From a virus (Duplodnaviria; Caudoviricetes), in the IMG/VR virus record IMGVR_UViG_3300022921_000024, positions 1 to 53,339 of that record: DNA of 53,339 nt; one strand, written 5' to 3'. Each line of letters opens with the position of its first letter. The stretch's first letter is position 1. The notes under the pieces are model-generated. The model made no database searches. It saw only the letters and a program-made list of their open reading frames with translations, and was not told the DNA's origin. The translations under genes were made by a program, and so were the position numbers. Positions 36,429 to 45,469 of the stretch are shown in pieces.

Positions 36429-36729
36429 CTTTTGGGTTTGTTTTGGTTTAACTGGGCCAAATGTATACACAGACCACGCCCCCCCACAAGTCCCCGGTTC
36501 ACTTTGACTAATTCCGTGCACTATGTGACCAATAAAGCATAATTTCCACCCACTAGGCGCCCAGTACGGACCAAAAGTTGACCAAAAAAGGTATGACCGG
36601 AAATTGAAACCGCAGAAAGGTGGGTAAGCCACTCTGAGCGCGGGGAACTGGCTTTTGGGGAATGACAATTGTGTTCTAACATTGATGTTGTAACATATAT
36701 TCTCCATACTGTATAGTATTTTGTAGATA

Positions 36730-36873
36730 CTATATAGTGTATACTATATAGGGTATACTATATAGTATATATACTATATAGGGGTTTCTCTATATATAGA
36801 GCAATACCCTATATGGGTATTGCTAATACTATATAGGGTGCCCTATATAGTACTGTCCCCATATATGTGTTCA
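36730..36873. repeat. Right CTATATAG array (6 copies), hairpin and inverted 13-bp terminal repeat
   Basis: CTATATAG at 36730, 36744, 36758, 36774, 36829 and 36843. Hairpin AGCAATACCC-TATAT-GGGTATTGCT at 36800-36824. ATATATGTGTTCA at 36861-36873. Confidence 0.9.
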
Positions 36874-36930
36874 GTTTATGGGAAGTGAAGCATTTAGATG
36901 AATGCTCATTCATTTGTTGTATATTTGGAT

Positions 36931-37212
36931 ATGAGCTTTGAAGAGTTGTTACTAGAGTTGCTGAAGACGTCCTTTCCCAAGGGTCCCTTGAAGTCTGAGA
37001 TGTTCAAGAAGCACAATGAGCTGGTAGGCAAGAGTGTCTACATCAAGAAGGCAGAGAGTGAGTACACGATGTGCGGAAGTTGCATTATGCGTGTCAAGAG
37101 CAATCTGTTCAAATACTACCACCACGAGTACGAGCCTAAGTTTGACTCGTTGGTGTTTATGGACAAGTATGTCTTAGATAAGCGTCCAGTGTATGGGGTC
37201 AATAAGAAATAA
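36931..37212 (+). CDS. Hypothetical protein with CGSC motif (probable start MSFEE)
   Basis: -7 element TATATTTG at 36920-36927. First gene of the plus-strand packaging operon. Confidence 0.6.
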   Translation: MSFEELLLELLKTSFPKGPLKSEMFKKHNELVGKSVYIKKAESEYTMCGSCIMRVKSNLFKYYHHEYEPKFDSLVFMDKYVLDKRPVYGVNKK

Positions 37213-37651
37213 GGATGGTGTGGTCGTAAGAGGAATGGGTGCAGAACTCACCCCTATGCAGGAAGAGTTCTTGAACCGTATCCGCGAAGAGGGCATCAAC
37301 AACCAAGGCAAGATTGCCAAGGAACTTAACTACACGAGCTACTATCGTGATAAGTCAAACTACGGTACGGCCTTCCACTTAGCCCTGAGAGACGTTGTAA
37401 GGCTCTCTGAGGAACGAATAGAGGTGGCAAAGGGGAGTAACCTAGACTTACTCGTAAAGATGCGTGACGAGGCATTTTTGAACGGTGACACCAAGACGGC
37501 CCTTGAGACCATTAAGATTATAAATGATATGCAGGGCTACAAGGCACCCGTTAAGGTCCAGCAAACGAAGATTGATGTGAAGGCTACCATTGACCTCACC
37601 AAACAACCTGACGAAGACGAGGGCTTCATAGATATAGATTATGAAGATTAA
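37193..37651 (+). CDS. Terminase small subunit candidate
   Basis: N-terminal HTH-like LTPMQEEFL...GKIAKELNY, helical middle and beta tail. Directly upstream of TerL. Confidence 0.65.
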   Translation: MGSIRNKDGVVVRGMGAELTPMQEEFLNRIREEGINNQGKIAKELNYTSYYRDKSNYGTAFHLALRDVVRLSEERIEVAKGSNLDLLVKMRDEAFLNGDTKTALETIKIINDMQGYKAPVKVQQTKIDVKATIDLTKQPDEDEGFIDIDYED

Positions 37652-38894
37652 CTTATACAATCCCAGCAAACCGCAAAGGGATTTCCTAAAGGTCATCCAC
37701 GATGACAAGCCTTTTGTTACACTTATTGTTGCAGGGCGACAGACAGGCAAGACCTTTATGATGATGAACGACGCAGTAATGCGTGGTCTCAATAAACCCC
37801 GCACTAGGATGTTCTGGGTAAGTCCTATTCAGGACCAAGCCAATAAGGTTATGAAGGACATAGAAGCTGCCTTTATCAATCACCAAGACGTATTCCAGCA
37901 ACTTGTCAAACGCTTTGACAGGAAGAACAATGAGATGTACTTCCATAACGGGAGCTTTGTGAAGTTCCGCTCTGCGGACTCTGGCGACAACCTTCGTGGT
38001 GCGACATTAGACTTTATCTACATTGACGAGGCGGCCTTTATGAAAATTGACTTCATTAACGAGGTTTTGCTTCCTATGGTCACTCGTACCAGCGGGCGGG
38101 TGGTAATGTCTAGTACGTTCAATGGTAAGAACTGGTATTGGGAGTGGTATCAGCGAGGGTTGGTACCTGAGAACAAGGAAGACATCATTTCCATCAAACG
38201 AACCTATCTGGACCTTGACGACCCAGAGGTATCAAAGACGGTATTGGGGATTAAGAAGAATATGACCAAGGCGCAGTTTGACCAAGAGTTCCTCTGTCGT
38301 CCTGTGAGCGCCGATGCGCTCTTCAGCAACATTGAAGATGCTGTCTTCAAGCACCCAAACACCGAAGAATACGAAAGGATTTATATCGGGATGGATATTG
38401 GTGTCGCGCAAGACTATACGGTACTCACCGCTATGAACGAGCGCTACGAGGTGGTTGACATAGACCGTTTCCACTATAAGGAGGATGGTTTAACTTCGGA
38501 AACCTTCAAGCAGCGCATCAAAGACTTCTACTTCAAGCACGACAACAAGCTCGCCGCTGCCTACTTTGAATTAAACAACAACGACCTCCTGTTTGAGGAG
38601 ATAACGGATGACGATAACGTCTACAAGATTATCCCCTTCCAAACAACTGCCCAATCTAAGCCTGAGATTATCAGAAACCTCATCAAGTTGTTTGAGGACA
38701 AGATTATTAAGATACCTGACTACGATGAGCTGGTGAAGGAGTTGTACGACTTCAAAAGCAAGCGTAATCCAATCACCGGAAACTTGCAGTTCAGCAACAC
38801 TGAAGGCAAGCACGACGATATGGTTATGAGTTTAGCCATTTGCGCTTATTGCGCAAGGGAGGAGCAGGATGGTGGCGTAACGATGTTCTTATGA
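37641..38894 (+). CDS. terL: Terminase large subunit
   Basis: Walker A GRQTGKT, LRGATLDFIYIDEAAF (Walker B), SST motif III, nuclease GMDIG..QDYT and HDDMVMSLA. Confidence 0.95.
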   Translation: MKINLYNPSKPQRDFLKVIHDDKPFVTLIVAGRQTGKTFMMMNDAVMRGLNKPRTRMFWVSPIQDQANKVMKDIEAAFINHQDVFQQLVKRFDRKNNEMYFHNGSFVKFRSADSGDNLRGATLDFIYIDEAAFMKIDFINEVLLPMVTRTSGRVVMSSTFNGKNWYWEWYQRGLVPENKEDIISIKRTYLDLDDPEVSKTVLGIKKNMTKAQFDQEFLCRPVSADALFSNIEDAVFKHPNTEEYERIYIGMDIGVAQDYTVLTAMNERYEVVDIDRFHYKEDGLTSETFKQRIKDFYFKHDNKLAAAYFELNNNDLLFEEITDDDNVYKIIPFQTTAQSKPEIIRNLIKLFEDKIIKIPDYDELVKELYDFKSKRNPITGNLQFSNTEGKHDDMVMSLAICAYCAREEQDGGVTMFL

Positions 38895-39619
38895 GGCTAA
38901 GAACCCATATAAAACTTTTTAATGCCATTTCAGACGGAGAGTACGATGACTCTCTGGAGGTATTCTCTGTAAAAGAGCGGCTTGAGATAATAATAGCAAA
39001 GGATAAGATATATCCATTGCCAAAGGCTCCGGAACAAGAAAGGGTAAGGTCTATGTCCGAGAAGTACAACCTTTACACGAACATACTTCATATGAGCCTC
39101 GGTCAGTTTATTATGCTTGAGTCAGAGCTAAAGGCGGAGAATAAGCGTGACGAAATAATAGCATCATTAGTCATACGGCCAAAAGATGAAACAGATTATG
39201 ACAACCAAGACCAAGAAAGGGAAGAGGATATCGTTAACGCATTGCTTGATGAGGACATAAGAGATGTTCATTCCGTAATTAGCGCTATGATGCTAAATAG
39301 GGAATTCACTCTCTTCACAAAGTTTAGTGGCGTCCTATACAACCGCTACGAAAAAGAAGACGAGGAGGAGGAGGAGGAGGAGAATGAAGGCGGAAAGAAT
39401 AAAGAATCCATCGGCGAGGACCAGTTTAGGAGTCAGTGGTTCTGGTATAGCATAGTCAGACAGCTCGCACAAGAGGATATAAGGCGATTTAACGACATTT
39501 ATGACCTTAAGATGAGTGTGGTTATGGTAGAGCTTTCGTTCCTCTCTCAGAGGTCAATTTTAGATGAGGCAAGAATGCGAGCTGAGGAGGCTCGTCAGAA
39601 GGCACTCTATAGAAGGTAA
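38891..39619 (+). CDS. Tail assembly chaperone-like protein (probable start 38891)
   Basis: ATGA overlap with the terL stop. MSLGQFIMLE and QWFWYSIVRQLA motifs. (GAG)7 acidic linker at 39362-39382. Confidence 0.55.
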   Translation: MRLRTHIKLFNAISDGEYDDSLEVFSVKERLEIIIAKDKIYPLPKAPEQERVRSMSEKYNLYTNILHMSLGQFIMLESELKAENKRDEIIASLVIRPKDETDYDNQDQEREEDIVNALLDEDIRDVHSVISAMMLNREFTLFTKFSGVLYNRYEKEDEEEEEEENEGGKNKESIGEDQFRSQWFWYSIVRQLAQEDIRRFNDIYDLKMSVVMVELSFLSQRSILDEARMRAEEARQKALYRR

Positions 39620-39620
39620 T

Positions 39621-39630
39621 TTGTAAATTA
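39621..39630 (+). promoter_or_regulatory. TTGTARATTA motif (also at 41114, 47990, 49561, 51506, 53126)
   Basis: Recurs just upstream of start codons in module 2. Confidence 0.55.
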
Positions 39631-39642
39631 AAAAAACAAAGT

Positions 39643-40392
39643 ATGAACAACCTGCTTCAACTTTACGACATTACTAGCCAGTTCGCAGAGCGCCACCGTA
39701 TGATTTCGGAGTTTGGCGTTCTTGGCTCTGAAGAAGAGATTGGTAGTGTTGAGTTTGAATATCGCAGTATGCAGTTGGTGGTTTCTAGCTCCAACATCTC
39801 TCGTGAGCTGAACAGACCCACTTTCCGGCTTAACTTCTCCCTTATCGTGATGGATAAGACTGTCGCTGGAGACCCTCGCGCTAGATTGCTTTCTACAGAA
39901 GAAAACATCTTTGTTATTGGTCAGTATCAAGATTACCTCCTACAGCAGGACAATGACGTGGAGTTTGAGGATGTTGAGGTTGTCAGCATTGACGACTCAG
40001 ACGATTATGTAATAACAGTCGCATACTGCGACTTTGGCGTCAACTTCTCCCGCAAGGGTTACACCAATGCTATTGCATTGCCAGTGGCTCCAGCAATTAC
40101 TGGAGTTCCCACAATCGGAGGGACCGTTGAAATAGGCGAGGTGCTTACTGCAACGGCGGCGTCAGCCACCGGAGTACCTATTCCTGTTACCGCTTGGCAG
40201 TGGCAGATTAGCGATGACGGTGAGACGGGATGGGCGAACGTCTCAGGTGAGACGAACAGCACATACACCATCGTAGAGGCAGATGCGTCCAAATACCTTC
40301 GGGTTGTTCAAACAGAAACTAATAGCGAAGCAACGGACACAGAGTACAGCGCATCAACAGTGCAAGTACCAGAACCCGTTGTTGAGCCTTAA
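39643..40392 (+). CDS. Tail terminator-like protein with C-terminal Ig-like domain
   Basis: N-terminal alpha/beta domain (FSLIVMD). C-terminal PTIGGTVEIGEVLTA...WQWQ...STYTIVEADASKYLRV is an Ig-like module. Confidence 0.55.
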   Translation: MNNLLQLYDITSQFAERHRMISEFGVLGSEEEIGSVEFEYRSMQLVVSSSNISRELNRPTFRLNFSLIVMDKTVAGDPRARLLSTEENIFVIGQYQDYLLQQDNDVEFEDVEVVSIDDSDDYVITVAYCDFGVNFSRKGYTNAIALPVAPAITGVPTIGGTVEIGEVLTATAASATGVPIPVTAWQWQISDDGETGWANVSGETNSTYTIVEADASKYLRVVQTETNSEATDTEYSASTVQVPEPVVEP

Positions 40393-40402
40393 CATATAAA
40401 TT

Positions 40403-40579
40403 ATGGCACGTAAAAAGAAAGTAGCAACTCCCCAAACAACTTCCGTAGAAGAGGTAGTTGCGCAACCAGAAGTTAAAAAAGCACCGGCAGCAAAGCAGTA
40501 CCGTTGCATTGAGTGTGGCGGAGATGTGGAAAACAAGCGTTGCAAGCGCTGTGGTGGCGCACTTGTGCGTGAGGTATGA
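40403..40579 (+). CDS. Small double-CxxC zinc-ribbon protein (58 aa)
   Basis: Read manually: YRCIECGG...RCKRCGG. ATGA overlap with the next gene. Confidence 0.7.
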   Translation: MARKKKVATPQTTSVEEVVAQPEVKKAPAAKQYRCIECGGDVENKRCKRCGGALVREV

Positions 40580-41175
40580 TATCTCGTCAGAAGCAGATAT
40601 ATGAGTTACGTAAGGCGGTTATTGATGAGTTAGAACTCAGAACCGTCAAAAAGCGTATGATTGCTGTATTGACAAACAAGAAGCAAGTATATAAGGGTAA
40701 CCTTAAGGAGATAATTAATAAAATAAGCTACAGGAAGTCCATTAAGGTAACTAATACTGCCTTTGATGAAACGACGGGCTTTATGTATAGGGCAACGGTA
40801 AACTTTGAGTTTGATTTTGGCGAAAGCGGTTACGCAAAGTTTCTTGACATCGTTCCATATAGTGATATTACCTACAAATCAAGCGGTAGCGGCATAGAAA
40901 ACCTTATGCGATGGATTAAAGACAAGCCGCTTGCCACTTGGAAAAACCCAGTTGGAATTAGCGATATACAACAATCAGAGCAGAAGCGAAGAAGGCTTGC
41001 ATACGCAATTCGCAAGTCTCAAGACAAGAATGGCGGAGTCAAAAATAAAAGTAACTTCATTACGTTTACGCGCAGTAACATAACTACCGCAATCAATAAG
41101 GCCGCCGAAAGGTTTGTAAATTATTTGAGCACTGAACTATATCTGGAACTCAATCGGCAAATATTCTTTAAGTAA
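40576..41175 (+). CDS. Neck / tail-completion protein candidate (basic, HK97 gp10-like position)
   Basis: Basic. LMRWIKDK and LAYAIRKS...GVK motifs. Upstream of the tape measure gene. Confidence 0.55.
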   Translation: MISRQKQIYELRKAVIDELELRTVKKRMIAVLTNKKQVYKGNLKEIINKISYRKSIKVTNTAFDETTGFMYRATVNFEFDFGESGYAKFLDIVPYSDITYKSSGSGIENLMRWIKDKPLATWKNPVGISDIQQSEQKRRRLAYAIRKSQDKNGGVKNKSNFITFTRSNITTAINKAAERFVNYLSTELYLELNRQIFFK

Positions 41176-44100
41176 TGGCTTCAAACACTTCAAAGCTGGC
41201 CCAAGAGGTCTTAGATTACTCAAAACAGATTGCAAAGCTCCGCGAAGAGTTAAACAAGCTGAAGAAGGGTACCGTTGATTATGAGGTAGCCGAAAAAAAA
41301 CTTACGGAGGTAGAAAAGAAGGCCAAGAAGGCTAAAGACGACCTTTTAATCGCCACTGGGAAGCTAAACCGAGAAAACGCCAATCACAAAAAGTCAGTTG
41401 AAAAGTCAACTGAAGCCCTTAAGGAGTACAATAAAACCACAAAGGATACAACTGGCGGCCTTAGTAATATGGCCACAAGCTTCCTTAAGACTATTGCCAC
41501 AGTTGGTAGGTTCTTCATTGCTTATCAAGCACTTAACCTTGTAATTAGCGCTTTTAAAGAACTCGTTATTGGCTCTGTTGAAACGTTTGTTAAGTTTCAA
41601 GACACATTAGGAAAGGTTCAGGCCGTAACAAGCGCTACAGCCTCAGATATGTCCAACATATCAAATGCAATTAAAACTACTGCCGTTGAGACTAGATTTA
41701 CGGCAACTGAGATTGCAGACTTAGCTGTAGCACTAGGAAAGCTCGGAGCTACCTCTCAGGAGATTCCTGACCTGCTTCGTCCAATTTCAACCGCTGCACA
41801 GGCCGTAGGAGAAGATGTTGCAGCAGTTGGTGAGGCTATTTTAAAGACTAATAACCAGTTTGGCATATCGTCAAAGGATTCTGTTATAACTGCCGCAATA
41901 TTCGCAGATGCGATTAATACGAGCGCATTGTCCCTATCTTCATTAAGCACAGCACTTCAGTACGTTGGACCATTAGCTTCTCAGGTCGGCCTGTCTTTAG
42001 CAGATACATCTGCGTATATGAAGGTGCTTGCGGATAATGGATTTACTGCATCAAAGATTGGTACTGGATTACGAAATATTTTTATTGAACTAAAGGAGTC
42101 TGGAAAGCCGTTGATTGAGACTTTAAAAGAGTTAGCAGATGAAAACATATCCTTATCAGAGGCTGTTGAGCTAGTCGGAAAGCGTTCAGCGGGTCAACTT
42201 GCGGTACTCCTTGAGAACATTGACATTATTGAAAAGTCAACCAGTGTCACAAGGGCATTGACACAGGCGCGCGTTGCCGAGGCGGCTCAAATGAAAACCA
42301 CAGCGGCACAAGCTGATGTTTTAAAGGCTATTTACGAGAATCTTCAGTTATCACTTGGAAAATCTATTGCAGATAACGAAGTATTGTTGAATAGTATTGG
42401 CGCACTTGATAGCGGGGCAGAGCAGATGTTGCGTAAGCAAATAGCATTAAGTCAAGTATTTTCACGTCCAGGAGGAACGGAAGCTTACGAGAGAGCCTTG
42501 AAGAAAGTAGCCAATAATGGTGTTAAACCACTTACAGCAACACTAGAACTTCTTGCTCAGGTCGGAATACAATCTTCAAAAAAACTTGAAAAGGAATACA
42601 ACGAGTTAGCTATTGGTATAAATCGTACAGAAAGCGAAGTTGAGTCCTTATTGATTTCTTTAGCACAAACATCAAGGAACTCACAGGAGTTTAAAGAAAA
42701 AATGGTAGAAGCCTTTCGCGCGCAGGGGCAATCACTTAATGACGCAAGATTTTACGCAATTAAATATTTTCGTTCGTTTGATGACATCAAAGAGATAGCA
42801 GACGGAATTCAAGGAATTACTGACGCACTAAATAGAGACTCTAAAGCAGCAAGAGAAAATGACCAAGCTCAAAAGGCTCGTCAAGAAGTAATTGATAAAT
42901 ACGAAGTATCAAAGCAGAGAATAAATAAACTTGAGAAAGAGGGTATTGACCAATCAAAACAAAGAACTGAGCTTGAAAAGCGAATCAAGAAGGACAGAAG
43001 TGATGAAATAAATAATTTAAACGCCCTTAAGTCGGAATACTCTGGCTTAAATCTTCAGGTTGAGCAAAACAGCAGGCTTGGAATACTTGTAACACTAGAA
43101 GAAAAGAAGAGGCTTTCCCAACTTAAAGAGCAAATTGGACTTGGCGAAGCAAGGCTAAAACAGTATAAGGTAGAATTAAATGACGTTGGGACAGTCTCAG
43201 AGGCCGCCAGTGAGGCACACGAACTTAGAAAGCGTGAGCAGCTTGAACGAGTAAGCGAAAGTGCTGAAGAGTTCAAAGACAGACGCGCTAATCTTGAGGA
43301 CGAGGCAAGGGCCATAAGGAAGAAGTATGATGATGAAGTAGCTGACGCTAAAAGACTTTACGACCTTAGAATAGAAGGAAAAGACGATTATGAAACAATT
43401 AAAAATGCTGAAAATGCTTTAAATAAAAGCGTTGCTGAAGCGGAGGAACGCAGACTTGCCGGTATATCTAGTATATACACTGAGATTGGCAACATATACA
43501 GGGATGCAGAGGAGGCAAGAAATAAGTTTGTTCAAGAGGCCGAGTCAAAAGGATTTGATGAAGAGCAAATTGAGAAGATTACTGAAGTATACGATAAGTT
43601 CAAGAAGGGAACTAAGTCTCTTTTTGAGACGCTTATTGAGCTAGAAACTGAACTCAGTAAAGACCAGTTTGACCAAGTAGAGGGACCATTGCGTCAAGCT
43701 GCTGCTTCAGCAGAGCTATTTAACGAAAAGCTCGCAGCCCTTAAAAAAGAGTATGGTGATTCCGCTGCTAAGAGTAAGGTGTTTCAGAAGAGCCAACAGG
43801 AGCTTAGGGATGAGCAGATAGCAAACCTTCAGTCTATCCGAGACAGCCTTGACGTCACAACGGAGGCTGGCGCGGCTGCTGCTGCTATTATTGATAAGCA
43901 GATTGCAAAGACTAAGCAAGCTGGAACTGCAGCCAAGGAAACTACCGGTTTGGTTAAGAGCTTGTTTAAGGATTCATTTCTTGAGGCGGCAAACACAGCC
44001 CTTGAGGTTATTGACAATTTAAATAAAGTAGCATTTGATAACACCATAAAGCGCCTTGAGCAGGAGAAGTCAAAGATACAGGAGCGTGCAGACTTTGAAG

Positions 44101-44804
44101 AGAATATTGTCAAGTCTCAACTTGATTCACAGTTAATATCTCAAGAGGAATACGCTTCTCGTCTTGAGCAAATCAAGAAGAAGGAAGTACAGCGACAAAA
44201 CGCTATTGACAGAAAGATATTTGAAGAGGAAAACAAACGAGACAAGCAAAGCGCAACTAGTGATTATCTATCTGCATTAGCTTCAATCATTCCGAACTTA
44301 ATCATCACAGAGAAGGAAGCCGACCCTGTGAAGTTGTATATCAAGGCGGCTATTTCAGGGGCGCTTGCTACAGCGGCATACACCTCAGAGATTGCAGCAA
44401 TTGGAAAACGTCGGTTCTTCCCAAAGAAGTTTGCTGAGGGTGGTGTAGTATATGGACCTTCGCACGAGCAGGGGGGTATTCCTTTCACCGTTCAAGGAAG
44501 AGGTGGATACGAGATGGAGGGTGGTGAATACATTATCAACAAGAAGGCGGCAACTAAATACAGAAGCCTTCTTGACCAAATCAACCAAACCAAGTTTCAG
44601 CCATCTTATAAATTCGCAACAGGAGGCCCGGTACGTGTAGAGGAAAATATCCAGAAGCAGTTAGAACTCCTTGAAGCCATCGCCGAGGCTACAACTGGAA
44701 CAGCATTAAATACCGGACGCCCAGTACGAGCTTTCGTATCTTCGTCAGACCTTCAGAACGACACTAACGCACGTAGAATAAAAGACAGAAACTCTAATAT
44801 CTAA
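41175..44804 (+). CDS. Tail tape measure protein (TP901-type core, 1209 aa)
   Basis: TRFTATEIADLAVALGKLG, LQYVGPLASQVGLSLADTSA...LADNGFTASKIGTGLRNIF, long coiled coils, KFAEGG...GPSHEQGG...EGGEYIIN. Confidence 0.92.
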   Translation: MASNTSKLAQEVLDYSKQIAKLREELNKLKKGTVDYEVAEKKLTEVEKKAKKAKDDLLIATGKLNRENANHKKSVEKSTEALKEYNKTTKDTTGGLSNMATSFLKTIATVGRFFIAYQALNLVISAFKELVIGSVETFVKFQDTLGKVQAVTSATASDMSNISNAIKTTAVETRFTATEIADLAVALGKLGATSQEIPDLLRPISTAAQAVGEDVAAVGEAILKTNNQFGISSKDSVITAAIFADAINTSALSLSSLSTALQYVGPLASQVGLSLADTSAYMKVLADNGFTASKIGTGLRNIFIELKESGKPLIETLKELADENISLSEAVELVGKRSAGQLAVLLENIDIIEKSTSVTRALTQARVAEAAQMKTTAAQADVLKAIYENLQLSLGKSIADNEVLLNSIGALDSGAEQMLRKQIALSQVFSRPGGTEAYERALKKVANNGVKPLTATLELLAQVGIQSSKKLEKEYNELAIGINRTESEVESLLISLAQTSRNSQEFKEKMVEAFRAQGQSLNDARFYAIKYFRSFDDIKEIADGIQGITDALNRDSKAARENDQAQKARQEVIDKYEVSKQRINKLEKEGIDQSKQRTELEKRIKKDRSDEINNLNALKSEYSGLNLQVEQNSRLGILVTLEEKKRLSQLKEQIGLGEARLKQYKVELNDVGTVSEAASEAHELRKREQLERVSESAEEFKDRRANLEDEARAIRKKYDDEVADAKRLYDLRIEGKDDYETIKNAENALNKSVAEAEERRLAGISSIYTEIGNIYRDAEEARNKFVQEAESKGFDEEQIEKITEVYDKFKKGTKSLFETLIELETELSKDQFDQVEGPLRQAAASAELFNEKLAALKKEYGDSAAKSKVFQKSQQELRDEQIANLQSIRDSLDVTTEAGAAAAAIIDKQIAKTKQAGTAAKETTGLVKSLFKDSFLEAANTALEVIDNLNKVAFDNTIKRLEQEKSKIQERADFEENIVKSQLDSQLISQEEYASRLEQIKKKEVQRQNAIDRKIFEEENKRDKQSATSDYLSALASIIPNLIITEKEADPVKLYIKAAISGALATAAYTSEIAAIGKRRFFPKKFAEGGVVYGPSHEQGGIPFTVQGRGGYEMEGGEYIINKKAATKYRSLLDQINQTKFQPSYKFATGGPVRVEENIQKQLELLEAIAEATTGTALNTGRPVRAFVSSSDLQNDTNARRIKDRNSNI

Positions 44805-45469
44805 TGGCAATATACTTCTATTCGTTCAACTCTTATCCAACCACGGACTTGTCTGTTTATGGGAATATTCAGAGCTATACTGATGATTCAAGCGGTTCTG
44901 TAACTATCAGCACTCCGGAGGACTTTAGTCTAAGTAGCGGTGTTGTTGTTGGCGACGCCATTAAGCTCTATAGTTCAAGCGACACTTCCATTTTTGTCTA
45001 TGGTATAGTAACAGGAAAGGTAGCAAATATTGGAGGTATTGGCGAAGGAGGATGGACTATCAGTATTTCTTATGACAAGAACATTTACTCTGATGCCATC
45101 AGCTCAATGACGAATTTTTTGATTTATTCAAAAAACCTTTTTGAGCCTATACAGCCGTATGACGATTATATAACCGTAAACAGGGATGTGTCGTATTCGT
45201 ACCGAATTAACACGCGCGTTGAGACAGCCGCTTATTCTGAGCAGTACATCCGATACAAGATTAAGACGTATCACGACCTTATATTGGATAGCACACGTAG
45301 ATACTTTTTTGAGGACTTTAGCAACATCGCAACAGCGTCTAATACTATTATGATTGACGATTGTGGAGGACCAAATGGGGTCGCTTACAAGGTTTATATG
45401 CCTGAGACAACCTTTGAGTTGTTTAACAATAAGTTTCGCAAGGATATAACCTTTAGAATTGTAGCCTAA
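44804..45469 (+). CDS. Distal tail protein candidate
   Basis: Beta-rich. Immediately follows the tape measure gene. Confidence 0.5.
   Translation: MAIYFYSFNSYPTTDLSVYGNIQSYTDDSSGSVTISTPEDFSLSSGVVVGDAIKLYSSSDTSIFVYGIVTGKVANIGGIGEGGWTISISYDKNIYSDAISSMTNFLIYSKNLFEPIQPYDDYITVNRDVSYSYRINTRVETAAYSEQYIRYKIKTYHDLILDSTRRYFFEDFSNIATASNTIMIDDCGGPNGVAYKVYMPETTFELFNNKFRKDITFRIVA

Noticed and set aside
36429-36707. N-terminal extension of the 136-aa minus-strand ORF 36297-36707
   Set aside because: The region contains the promoter motif and looks non-coding. The ATG at 36428 with an A-rich leader is the better start.
33588-36873. CTATATAG arrays as CRISPR arrays
   Set aside because: Units are 8-9 bp with mostly 6-10 bp gaps. 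There are no 25-40 bp repeats with unique spacers and no cas genes.
26958-37192. Prophage junction or integration site between the two virion modules
   Set aside because: No integrase, att-like direct repeats, tRNA or bacterial housekeeping genes. Gene coupling and site avoidance are continuous. A mis-assembly cannot be excluded without reads.
38840-38890. TTG start for the gene after terL
   Set aside because: It would overlap terL by 55 nt. The ATGA overlap at 38891 matches the coupling seen throughout the genome.
39362-39382. (GAG)7 microsatellite as a phase-variation or frameshift site
   Set aside because: It is an in-frame triplet encoding a poly-Glu linker, so length changes would not switch expression.
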